This document shows positions 37,519 to 48,485 of a stretch of DNA of 64,000 nucleotides, piece after piece (the first letter of the stretch is position 1; the number at the start of each line of letters is the position of its first letter). The DNA lies in assembly GCA_028283505.1 (NCBI GenBank), contig JAPOFX010000001.1, positions 8,197 through 72,196 of the forward strand, written 5' to 3'. Made by a program: the position numbers and the translations under genes. The notes below the pieces were generated by a model. It saw nothing but the letters and a program-made list of their open reading frames with translations, did not search any database and was not told where the DNA came from. Source of the DNA: Candidatus Poseidoniales archaeon (GTDB lineage Archaea; Thermoplasmatota; Poseidoniia; Poseidoniales; Thalassarchaeaceae).

Positions 37519-40500
37519 TGGAATTCTTCTACGAGGATGATCACAGGCCGGCATCCCCAATTCACCCAATTGAGGCGGTAAAGAAGCTCCTGGTAAAGAC
37601 AGGAGACCTTGGGGGGAGGGCTTCGAGATCGGAATTTTGGAATTCCTTTTGGTTCTACTTGCTACTTTCGCCATTCCTGTTCGTAACAGATATTTTTTAC
37701 AGGAATGCAATTTCATCAATCTCCTCATTCGTGGGGGTGGGATTACTTGACACTCTTCTCTTTGACCCTCTGTCCTACTTCGTAATCTTGCTTGAATTGG
37801 CATTGTTCTACTCTTTCACGAGTGTAACTGTCCGAAGATTGCATGATTCAGGAAGAACGGGTTGGTGGTTGATCACTACCCCTATACCTCTCCTCAACTT
37901 TGTATTGCCTTTCTTCCTTATACAGGAAGGAGAATCTAACAAAAATAGGTTTGGATCAGTCCCAGATAATCTTCCGATAGACGCATCACTGCTCGAGATA
38001 TCATATGCTATCCCTGACAATATTTCAATGGCCCTCAGAAGTGCTTGGAAGGGAAGAGAAAGGGTGCTTGCAGTTTTTGCTGGGGTTTTCTTGGCATCCC
38101 TCGTTATTACAACAGTCCTGGCATACTCTGCTGGATTGAGTGGAGCTTTCCTGCAATTCTCTCTCCAGGAGGAAATCTTCGATGGCAAGGTGGATTTCGC
38201 AGATGACCCTGGACAGGATTCAGAAGGTAGAACAAACGACTCATCACTCTGGGAAACCGCATGCTCTGAACTCATTCAGATGGATGAGATATCCGACTGC
38301 GGGCTAGTATTTGGTAGACAGGGTGTGAGGGTCAATGGGTTTTTTGATGATGGCGCTATAATACCTCAGCCCCTAAATGCCGTGGGAGCCAGCAGCAGTG
38401 TTGGGGATTGGAATAATGTCAGTTGGGAATACCCTGAGGCCTACGAATCAGGCCCTCCGATCAATGACAAGAGAACAATAAGATTCTACGGAGATGGAAT
38501 ATGGGACGGTGATCTCGGGGAGAGGCATTCCAACCGGGTGATATATGGTTCATGGCCCAATAGTGCCGAAGAGGCGACTATGAACCGCTCGGTTATCTTA
38601 CCCTCTCAGATCGCAGGAAGGGCAGGAGTCGGAGTCAATGACACCCTTGAGTCATTGACATTCTCCTACACACATGACTACCTCGGCTACCAAGATCTTG
38701 CTTCGGGTTTTGATGATTGCCCTGGATACGAATACTTCAACGAGGAATCTGGGTTCCTTTATTGCCAAGTCAACATGACAGTGTACGATCTTAAGGTAGT
38801 CGCAGTTTACCAAGAAGGCGGGGCAGGAAACCCAACCCTCCTCTTTAACCCAATCATGGTCTCAGCTTCGGTTCTCAACGACTCTCAGAAACTGACTCTG
38901 ATGGATAAGGATCATGGATACCTCGGCATAGCCGTGGACAGAAACCAACTCCCTTCCTCATCGACAAGAGCAGCCACTGAATGGCTGGATGGATTGAAGG
39001 AGGATATCGAGGGGGCCAATTACACTGCGGGTGATGACATATTGGTCGAGTACAACGATTTGATTTCAGGCACCATTACGTTCCTAAACATCTTTCTTGG
39101 GATAATAAGCGTCTTCGACTACATCCTGATGATTCCAATTGTGATACTATCTTTCTCAGTTCTGATTTATGGTCTGATACTTTCTCTAGAACAGAGAAGA
39201 AGGGAGATTTCTATCCATAGGGTCATCGGAGGAACAGAATCAACTCTCGGCTCAATGATTCTCCGAGAGCTGGCAGTTGTGGGGGTAATTGGATGGTTCT
39301 TCGGATACATCCTTGCAATGGCATCTGTGCCCGTGGTCCTCGACGCTGTCGGTTTCATGGCTTTTGAGAAAAGTGACTTCCGTGTGGTCCCCACTCTAAG
39401 TGGCTCAGTAACCCTCCTAATTTTCTCCGTGACTGTCGGTATCACATTACTATTCGGCAACTCTCGAACGACAGAATTTCTCAGCATAGAAATCGATGAG
39501 GGAGTACGTAGAGTTGCCCCGAGGAAGAAATCAAGGCTTTGGCTTCATCTCTTAGTCTTCTTTATCGGGATCCTATCTTTTGCTGAGAGTTGGATAGAGA
39601 GTAACGGGGGATTTGGACCATGGGGTTCAGGGGGAATCAACTCCAATTTCATAGTCGACGGTCTTTTATTCCTATTCGGGCCATTCTTCCTGTGGATAGG
39701 AGGTGCGTTAGTCCTCGGCAGAATTGGAGCTGCTGGACCCAGAATCTTTACCACATTGTTCGGCTGGACGCCGGCACTGACTGATATCAAGAGAGGATTG
39801 AGGGGATCAGGATCTAGCGAGTCAGTGAATCGTCTTGCGATCATCCTCCTTCTCACACTCTCCATAGTGACAGTTGCCGCCGTCCAAGGGTACACCGGAA
39901 CTCTCGTTGATGAGAGGACCACATCCGCCCAAACCGGTGCGGACTTACAAGTGCAGTTCGATGAGCCAATCTCAAAGCAACAAGCCATAGAAAATGTAAA
40001 TCTGGCCATTGAAAGAGCCGACGTTCCCGAGATCGACAGGATTGATTACATGACTTCTGTTGGAGACATCTTCACAAATCAGAAGGGAGAGGGCTCACTC
40101 CTGAGAACATGGGTACTCTTTGATGGTCATGAAGATACCCTCCAATGGGACGAACAGGCAATACCCGGTAGTGACATCGGGACCGTATCAGCTGATTGGG
40201 CAATGGCAGGATTTACAGCCGGAGGAGCGGCAAGAGACCAATTGGATGTTTCTAGGTCAGATGTCGGAGGTAATGTAACACTGCAGTACACCTCGTATGG
40301 ATTTGGAGGTTTCGACAGCGAAATGAATCCAATAATCACATCTACAGTCACAGAGGTGGAGGTGACATACATGGGGGGACATAGGTGGGTACCTGGCTTG
40401 CTATCCTCGGAGTCATCACAAGCAGTAGTCATTGGCGAGGAATCCTACAAGCTCCTCCTAGGTCCGACCGCTGTGGATGATTACACATCCAATCGCTGGT

Positions 40501-41087
40501 TCTTCGAGCTTTGTGACCAAACTCAGAAAAATTGCAAAAATGCGTTGAAGACTCTCGGAGTTGAGGTATCAAATGGAGAGGGAGTTGCATCCGCCAGCGA
40601 TTGGGGAACAAACCATGAGGCCAATGAACGAACGGGCGGGTTGATCTTTGGTACTCCCGGACTACTGAGTCTACAATTCGTCGTGGCATCATTGGCCTCA
40701 ATAGCTTCGGCATTCGTATTCCTATCTCTTGTACTATCACAGAGGAAGAAGGAGCTAGCTATTCTCCAGGCGATAGGAGCAAGCCCCGCACAGGTCCTGC
40801 GTCTGGTACTTTTCGAGATAATGGCCATCCTTCTTGTTAGCATGGCCCTAGGCGTTATTCTAGGGTTAGCAATATCGGAGGCATTCAATGGATTCTTCGG
40901 CGTATTTGGTTTCATATTCCAGATATTCCTAGGTCAAAGCGCCCCTATAGATAGGGACTTAGTATGGCCTTGGACTGAACTGATATTCGTGAACGCCTCT
41001 GTTCTTGTCGCAGTAGTGATAGCACTTCTAGTAACAACCAGAAGGGCGTTGAAGTCGGATCTGGCAATAGTACTGAAGGGGGAGTGA
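37515..41087 (+). CDS. ABC transporter permease fusion: N-terminal DUF805 membrane domain, large extracytoplasmic region, two FtsX-type permease modules
   Basis: 1190 aa. The N-terminus RASRSEFWNSFWFYLL...VTVRRLHDSGRTGWWLI matches the DUF805 hallmark (RxSRxEFW ... RRLHDxGxSGWW). Two FtsX-like 3-TM blocks follow (around aa 520-650 and the C-terminal 130 aa, ...LQAIGASPAQVLRLVLFE...). Confidence 0.7.
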   Translation: MMEFFYEDDHRPASPIHPIEAVKKLLVKTGDLGGRASRSEFWNSFWFYLLLSPFLFVTDIFYRNAISSISSFVGVGLLDTLLFDPLSYFVILLELALFYSFTSVTVRRLHDSGRTGWWLITTPIPLLNFVLPFFLIQEGESNKNRFGSVPDNLPIDASLLEISYAIPDNISMALRSAWKGRERVLAVFAGVFLASLVITTVLAYSAGLSGAFLQFSLQEEIFDGKVDFADDPGQDSEGRTNDSSLWETACSELIQMDEISDCGLVFGRQGVRVNGFFDDGAIIPQPLNAVGASSSVGDWNNVSWEYPEAYESGPPINDKRTIRFYGDGIWDGDLGERHSNRVIYGSWPNSAEEATMNRSVILPSQIAGRAGVGVNDTLESLTFSYTHDYLGYQDLASGFDDCPGYEYFNEESGFLYCQVNMTVYDLKVVAVYQEGGAGNPTLLFNPIMVSASVLNDSQKLTLMDKDHGYLGIAVDRNQLPSSSTRAATEWLDGLKEDIEGANYTAGDDILVEYNDLISGTITFLNIFLGIISVFDYILMIPIVILSFSVLIYGLILSLEQRRREISIHRVIGGTESTLGSMILRELAVVGVIGWFFGYILAMASVPVVLDAVGFMAFEKSDFRVVPTLSGSVTLLIFSVTVGITLLFGNSRTTEFLSIEIDEGVRRVAPRKKSRLWLHLLVFFIGILSFAESWIESNGGFGPWGSGGINSNFIVDGLLFLFGPFFLWIGGALVLGRIGAAGPRIFTTLFGWTPALTDIKRGLRGSGSSESVNRLAIILLLTLSIVTVAAVQGYTGTLVDERTTSAQTGADLQVQFDEPISKQQAIENVNLAIERADVPEIDRIDYMTSVGDIFTNQKGEGSLLRTWVLFDGHEDTLQWDEQAIPGSDIGTVSADWAMAGFTAGGAARDQLDVSRSDVGGNVTLQYTSYGFGGFDSEMNPIITSTVTEVEVTYMGGHRWVPGLLSSESSQAVVIGEESYKLLLGPTAVDDYTSNRWFFELCDQTQKNCKNALKTLGVEVSNGEGVASASDWGTNHEANERTGGLIFGTPGLLSLQFVVASLASIASAFVFLSLVLSQRKKELAILQAIGASPAQVLRLVLFEIMAILLVSMALGVILGLAISEAFNGFFGVFGFIFQIFLGQSAPIDRDLVWPWTELIFVNASVLVAVVIALLVTTRRALKSDLAIVLKGE

Positions 41088-41090
41088 GAT

Positions 41091-42086
41091 ATGGAGGGGG
41101 AGTCTATAATTCTTGAAGCCAAGAACATGTACCACATCTACGAAAGCATGAGCCTGGAAGGCAATGTAGTCGCACTCAGAGGTCTCAATGTCAAGATCAA
41201 TGAGGGAGAGGCAGTTGCTGTCATAGGGCCATCAGGATCTGGAAAATCAACTCTTCTGAAGTGCCTGGGTGGCTTGATGAAGCCATCATCAGGCTCGGTT
41301 TCCCTGGGCGGAAAGGAAATGATCAGGATGACAGGAACAGAACTAGTCAAACTCAGGCAGGAGACGGTATCTTTCATATTCCAAGACTCAAACCTACTTC
41401 CTGATCTGAATGCCCTTGACAATGTCGCACAGCCACTCAGGCATCAAGGTGTAATGCCCGGACCTGCGAGAGCCAAGGCTATGCAGCTACTGGAGAGGCT
41501 AGCGATGGGAGACAGATGGATGGGCATGCCTGAACAACTTTCTGGAGGGGAACAACAGCGAGTAGCAATAGCAAGGGCATTGATTACAAATCCGAAGTTA
41601 ATCTTGGCAGACGAGCCTACAGGAGCACTGGATCCAATAACCAGCAGGGAGGTACTGGAGTTATTCGAGAGACTTCACGAAGAGGAGGATGTCGCCTTCT
41701 TACTCGTTACCCACAACAGGGACGTTGCATACTTCTGTGAGAGGTCTCTGGAGCTAAGAGAGGGAAGGTTTGTGGCACAACATGGTACAGATTTCGATTT
41801 GTCCGACCTCTCTGGAACCAGAGAGTTGATAATAGACGATACCGGAACTATAACTCTACCCCCCGATCTCCTGCTGAAGCTTGGAGGACCTGGGAGATTC
41901 GACGTTCCCGGTGTGGAAAGGGATTCTCTAAATCTAGAGAGAGTGGAGGATGACAAAATAGAGGTTGAAGCTAAGACGAAGAGAGAACTAGTCCAGACCT
42001 GTCCGGCATGCAACTATGATTACGCGGATTCAATAGATCAGACCTGCCCGGAATGTGGATCTACGAGACCCATTGTTCATACCTGA
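41091..42086 (+). CDS. ABC transporter ATP-binding protein with a C-terminal zinc-ribbon extension
   Basis: Walker A GPSGSGKST, signature [15 protein letters not shown], Walker B LILADEPT. The C-terminal roughly 100 aa end in CPACNYDYADSIDQTCPECGS (CPxC-x13-CPxC). Confidence 0.85.
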   Translation: MEGESIILEAKNMYHIYESMSLEGNVVALRGLNVKINEGEAVAVIGPSGSGKSTLLKCLGGLMKPSSGSVSLGGKEMIRMTGTELVKLRQETVSFIFQDSNLLPDLNALDNVAQPLRHQGVMPGPARAKAMQLLERLAMGDRWMGMPEQLSGGEQQRVAIARALITNPKLILADEPTGALDPITSREVLELFERLHEEEDVAFLLVTHNRDVAYFCERSLELREGRFVAQHGTDFDLSDLSGTRELIIDDTGTITLPPDLLLKLGGPGRFDVPGVERDSLNLERVEDDKIEVEAKTKRELVQTCPACNYDYADSIDQTCPECGSTRPIVHT

Positions 42087-43120
42087 GGAAGCACGAACCT
42101 CTGTGGCTTCGCAATCCCCAGATCCTTCGGAAGCTCCATGTTTGCCGCAGGAAGCTCAACTGGAATCATCTTCTTGCCGATCAGTGCCACCCTGCTCTCC
42201 CTTCTATCTGAGAGTAGCTTTCGTCCGACTAGAGGGGCGAGATTCTCTGAGAACTCAATGATTTCACGGTGGGTAGGCATGTTATCAACCGAGAGGTTGT
42301 TCCTACTATTTCCTACGTTGACGTACCCTTTCGCCTCGATAAAATCCGGATCTGCTAAATTATCCAATCTGGCGTAATCAGCGTGAAAACCTAGTGATTC
42401 ATGCTTTATCAGAGTGTGCCTGCAAACCGTCCTTGTGTCCAAGCTAGGAAGCAATTCCAGCGTCTCCTCCAACTTGTGAAAGGCACCTTGGTCGAACTTC
42501 GGCTTGCATAGGCGGTCAAATATTTCTTTGTTTGGAGCATCCACTGAGACATAGAGTTGTGTAGGCAACGGATCTAGGTTCTCAATAACCTTCGGAAGAC
42601 TTCCATTTGTGACCAAAAACGTCGATGTTCCATGATTGTGACATACCTCCAAAAACTCACCAAGCCTGGAGTATAGAGTGGGCTCTCCATTCAGTGATAT
42701 CGCCACATGTTTGGGGTTCTGGGCCTCTAGAAACTTCTTCTTGTTTGCCTTTGGATTTCCTCCAAATCCAGTTAGTAGTCGACGATGTGCCTTTACAGAT
42801 TCCAAATAAAGCTCATATGGGTCATCATCAATTTTGTTTAGAGTTTCTGAATGGGGCTCCCTCCAACAATATGTACAACCCAGATTACATGTGTCTACGT
42901 TAGGCGCCATCTGCATGCATCCATGACTCTCTATTCCGTAGAATGTTCCTTTGTAGCAGGACCTGTCAGCAACTAAACTCTGTTTGGTCCAGTGGCAGAC
43001 CTTCACTCCTCCATGCTCTCCGACCAACTGATACTTCTGCTTCGAGAGCTTTGCGGCGATCATCGGTTCTATCTTGGTAAACACCGTGTCTTGCATGCAA
43101 ATCCCCACTCCGTATCCCAC
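42077..43120 (-). CDS. taw1: tRNA 4-demethylwyosine synthase (radical SAM, Taw1/TYW1)
   Basis: 347 aa. It has the radical-SAM cluster motif CNLGCTYC and the TYW1 N-terminal pattern QLVGEHGGVKVCHWTKQSL. It is the archaeal wyosine pathway enzyme. Confidence 0.8.
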   Translation of the reverse strand: MGYGVGICMQDTVFTKIEPMIAAKLSKQKYQLVGEHGGVKVCHWTKQSLVADRSCYKGTFYGIESHGCMQMAPNVDTCNLGCTYCWREPHSETLNKIDDDPYELYLESVKAHRRLLTGFGGNPKANKKKFLEAQNPKHVAISLNGEPTLYSRLGEFLEVCHNHGTSTFLVTNGSLPKVIENLDPLPTQLYVSVDAPNKEIFDRLCKPKFDQGAFHKLEETLELLPSLDTRTVCRHTLIKHESLGFHADYARLDNLADPDFIEAKGYVNVGNSRNNLSVDNMPTHREIIEFSENLAPLVGRKLLSDRRESRVALIGKKMIPVELPAANMELPKDLGIAKPQRFVLPQV

Positions 43121-43169
43121 AGAGGGGACGTGTCGAGGAGCGTCCGTGAGAGTAGGAGAATATCAATCC

Positions 43170-43799
43170 TCACTCGTACTTTATCCCAGTCCCATAAGCG
43201 TAAATCTCAACTCCTCTAACAGTATTCCTGCTATTGGATGACTGGGGTGTCATACTTGCTGTATCAATTCTCACGTTTATGACTTCATCCCAACCCTCCG
43301 CCTCGGCTTGCTCTCGCAACCTCTGCATGACCTCGGCCCTTCCTGCAGATATTACCTGTTGAAAAACAGTAACGCTCCCTCCGATTAGATTGTTGAAGAA
43401 CCCGATCATTAGATGCCAGTGGCTCGGTCCGAAGACCCCGTTGGCATGGACCAGTCCCGCATTAGAAACGCTCGTCCTGTAGCCGCCATCAATAGAACTC
43501 AGAATCTCACGTCCCATCCTGTTCCTCAGCGAATTCCTCCTTTGATTTGCCTCCTCGTGCATCCTTTCCACTTTTTTGCCACTGAAGGCTGCTCCCCACA
43601 GGAACATTGCAGGCCACAAAATCATCCAAACTATTCCAAACAGAGACAGAAGGATGAACGGGAGCAAGAAGATTAGGACTAAGGGAAGCCCCTCTTCCTC
43701 ACCGGTTCCTCCCTGCGCTACTACGTTCAATGAGAATGCCACGAAAGCCATAATTGTCAATAATGAGAATAATCCCACATTGGCGATGGAGGTTTTCAT
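43170..43799 (-). CDS. Membrane-anchored YbjQ/UPF0145-family protein
   Basis: 209 aa. An N-terminal TM region is followed by a C-terminal domain ending in ...GVEIYAYGTGIKYE, which matches the YbjQ family C-terminus. Confidence 0.55.
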   Translation of the reverse strand: MKTSIANVGLFSLLTIMAFVAFSLNVVAQGGTGEEEGLPLVLIFLLPFILLSLFGIVWMILWPAMFLWGAAFSGKKVERMHEEANQRRNSLRNRMGREILSSIDGGYRTSVSNAGLVHANGVFGPSHWHLMIGFFNNLIGGSVTVFQQVISAGRAEVMQRLREQAEAEGWDEVINVRIDTASMTPQSSNSRNTVRGVEIYAYGTGIKYE

Positions 43800-43809
43800 T
43801 TAACCACCT

Positions 43810-44154
43810 TTATTCGTATTTCACAGCTGTTCCATAAGCAAAGAGCTCTGCAGCACCGGCAGTTATAGCTGATGTAGCAAATCTAACATTTACGACTGCT
43901 GTTGCGCCTATCGACATCGCATCAGCAACCATTCTCCCCACCGCCTCGTTCCTAGACTCCTGTAGTAGTTCGGTGTATTGAGTCAACTCTCCACCCACTA
44001 TATTCTTCAATCCCGCGAAGATGTCCTTTCCCACGTTCTTAGCTCTTACAGTGGATCCACTCACTACTCCCATTGTCTCTGTGATTATCTTTCCAGGGAT
44101 TGTCTCTGTATTGACCACTAGGATACCATTCACTACCTGTTGCATGAGGTTCAT
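43810..44154 (-). CDS. YbjQ/UPF0145-family protein (soluble paralogue)
   Basis: MNLMQQVVNGILVVNTETIPGK...ELFAYGTAVKYE. It is a tandem paralogue of the previous gene. Start taken at ATG 44154; the track start is 44175. Confidence 0.6.
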   Translation of the reverse strand: MNLMQQVVNGILVVNTETIPGKIITETMGVVSGSTVRAKNVGKDIFAGLKNIVGGELTQYTELLQESRNEAVGRMVADAMSIGATAVVNVRFATSAITAGAAELFAYGTAVKYE

Positions 44155-44201
44155 TCCTGGGGGAGGGCACTTCAATGTACTGGCGAATCAAGGTGTGAAA
44201 G

Positions 44202-46383
<2,182 letters not shown>

Positions 46384-46387
46384 TTTC

Positions 46388-46909
46388 TTGGAGACAATAG
46401 TCCTTGGCGGAGGGTGTTTTTGGTGCGTAGAGGGGGCTATAAAAGGCCTGAGAGGAGTTTCAGAAGTTATTCCTGGATATTCAGGAGGGCATCTGGAAAA
46501 TCCCACATACGAGCAGGTATGTGCAAAGAATACTGGTCATGCAGAGGTAGTAAAGGTTACATTTGACCCATCGATAATCAATACAGCTACTCTCCTTGAA
46601 GTATTCTTCACATGTCACGACCCAACTCAGCTGAATAGACAGGGAAATGACATAGGACCACATTACAGAAGCGCGATATTCTATACTTCGGAAGGCCAGA
46701 GGGAGGATTCTGAGTCTGTCATCGAGAAGATGGAGGCCCTATATGAAAATGAAATCGTCACTGAGGTAACAGCTTTCAAGAACTTCTACGTAGCAGAAAA
46801 TTACCACCACGACTACTTCAAGAACAACCCCTCAAACCCTTATTGCAGGGGGATCGTCGCTCCGAAAATAGCAAAGACTAGAGCCAAGCACGGTGATCTG
46901 TATGAGTGA
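46388..46909 (+). CDS. msrA: Peptide methionine sulfoxide reductase MsrA
   Basis: 173 aa with the active-site motif GGGCFWCVEG. Confidence 0.9.
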   Translation: METIVLGGGCFWCVEGAIKGLRGVSEVIPGYSGGHLENPTYEQVCAKNTGHAEVVKVTFDPSIINTATLLEVFFTCHDPTQLNRQGNDIGPHYRSAIFYTSEGQREDSESVIEKMEALYENEIVTEVTAFKNFYVAENYHHDYFKNNPSNPYCRGIVAPKIAKTRAKHGDLYE

Positions 46910-47930
46910 CAGTGTCGTACTAAGGCCAGAGCCATGGGGCCTACACCTCTTAGGATTAATCAGCCCGATCCTGGCAATAGCCGGAAATCTCCTGGGAGGT
47001 GTTTACACGATGTTAGGTGTCATCTTCATTTGGGGGATAGGGCCGATATTGGATGTGGCCCTCGGTGAGTCAAAAAATCCTAGGCCTCCACGAGAATCAG
47101 GAACTCCATTTGAAACCCTACTTTGGGTCCATGGATTACTGCATTTCGTCATGCTTGGGACATTCTTCGTTTTCGCAGCGAGCGAGGGGATGACGAGATG
47201 GCTAGTAGCCGCCTCGCTGTCTACTGGATTAGTTGCAGCGGCATCGGCCATCGTCACCGCACATGAACTAGGCCACAAGAAACCGAAAAGTCCTGGTTGG
47301 AGGTTAGCAAGAGCCCTTTTGTTCAGCATAAATTATTCCCATTTCACGACCGAGCATAACCACAATCATCACAAGAACGTTTCCACGGACAAGGATCCGG
47401 CGAGCGCTACCTATGAACAGGGTCTCTGGTCATTCTGGATTTCGACCATTCCCGGCCAGTTCAAGTCATCGGTTGCTGTTCACAACAGAAAGGGTCGAAA
47501 GGGCTTGAAAAACCCCTCATGGAGGGGACTTTTCCTCCAACTATCCGCTATCATGTCACTACTAGCCTTGTACACTTTCGGATTTTCATGGGCCTTACCG
47601 GTTGTAGTCGGATGGCTTATCGCCTCATCCATCGCAATACTGACCTTAGAGTATGTCAACTACATCCGGCACTGGGGCCTTAGGAGGATCGACGGCGGAA
47701 GGTTTGAGGAAGGGCACGCATGGAATACCGAGGCAAGATGGTCCAGATGGAGCCTCCTAGAACTGACACGTCACTCTGATCACCACCTCCACGCGTCGGT
47801 TCCCTTCTGGAAGTTGCGCCCCTATCCAGATGCTCCTAGGTTGCCCTCTGGATACTACGCCTGCTGGTGGCCGTGCTTGATACCTCCTCTCTGGAAAAGA
47901 ATGATGAAGGGAAGGGCACCCAGCGTCTGA
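46893..47930 (+). CDS. AlkB-type integral-membrane di-iron hydroxylase (alkane 1-monooxygenase / membrane fatty-acid desaturase superfamily)
   Basis: 345 aa. It has hydrophobic helices plus all four AlkB boxes: HELGHKK (HELxHK), EHNHNHH (EHxxGHH), NYIRHWGL (NYxEHYGL) and LTRHSDHHLH (LQRHSDHHA). Its start overlaps the msrA end by 17 nt. Confidence 0.7.
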   Translation: MICMSDSVVLRPEPWGLHLLGLISPILAIAGNLLGGVYTMLGVIFIWGIGPILDVALGESKNPRPPRESGTPFETLLWVHGLLHFVMLGTFFVFAASEGMTRWLVAASLSTGLVAAASAIVTAHELGHKKPKSPGWRLARALLFSINYSHFTTEHNHNHHKNVSTDKDPASATYEQGLWSFWISTIPGQFKSSVAVHNRKGRKGLKNPSWRGLFLQLSAIMSLLALYTFGFSWALPVVVGWLIASSIAILTLEYVNYIRHWGLRRIDGGRFEEGHAWNTEARWSRWSLLELTRHSDHHLHASVPFWKLRPYPDAPRLPSGYYACWWPCLIPPLWKRMMKGRAPSV

Positions 47931-47974
47931 GATATGCTCAATATGCATCTAACCCGTCCCACTCAACTATCTTC

Positions 47975-48460
47975 ATGAGTAACCTTCAATTCATGATTGG
48001 TCAACAGACTTCTGTGGTTGTTCCTAGGACCGAACAGGATGATGAGGTTCCGGTCGACAAGGCTTGGGCCATCCACGCTGCGATAATAGGTCTAAACACT
48101 GGTAATCTTCTATTCAGGGGTTTGGAGTTAGATCCTGTTAATCCGGAAATGGTAACCGTAGCCTGCTTGGCGGTCTTAGCTGCGGCGTTACCATTCCAAG
48201 CTATATTCTTTCTAATCAATTCGTATATTCAGGAGGCACCGAATGTGCATGAGATAGAGTACATAATGTTACAGAGGCTATCCCTAATCTGTCAGACTAT
48301 ATCTTATCTCTCACTTACTGCAATTGGAATTCTGATGTTTGAGACCCACGTCTATGTTGGAGGCAGCTTCTTTGTAGGTTGTATTGTAGCATTTTTCCTT
48401 TTGAGGGCGGCCATGAATCAAGCAGAGGCTCTAGCAACCAATATTAGGGTTAATTCGTAG
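47975..48460 (+). CDS. Hypothetical membrane protein
   Basis: Hydrophobic ORF. Start chosen at ATG 47975 (MSNLQF...) because the track start overlaps the upstream gene by 64 nt. Confidence 0.35.
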   Translation: MSNLQFMIGQQTSVVVPRTEQDDEVPVDKAWAIHAAIIGLNTGNLLFRGLELDPVNPEMVTVACLAVLAAALPFQAIFFLINSYIQEAPNVHEIEYIMLQRLSLICQTISYLSLTAIGILMFETHVYVGGSFFVGCIVAFFLLRAAMNQAEALATNIRVNS

Positions 48461-48485
48461 AGAGGTTGATTTCTCCCCCTCCTTT

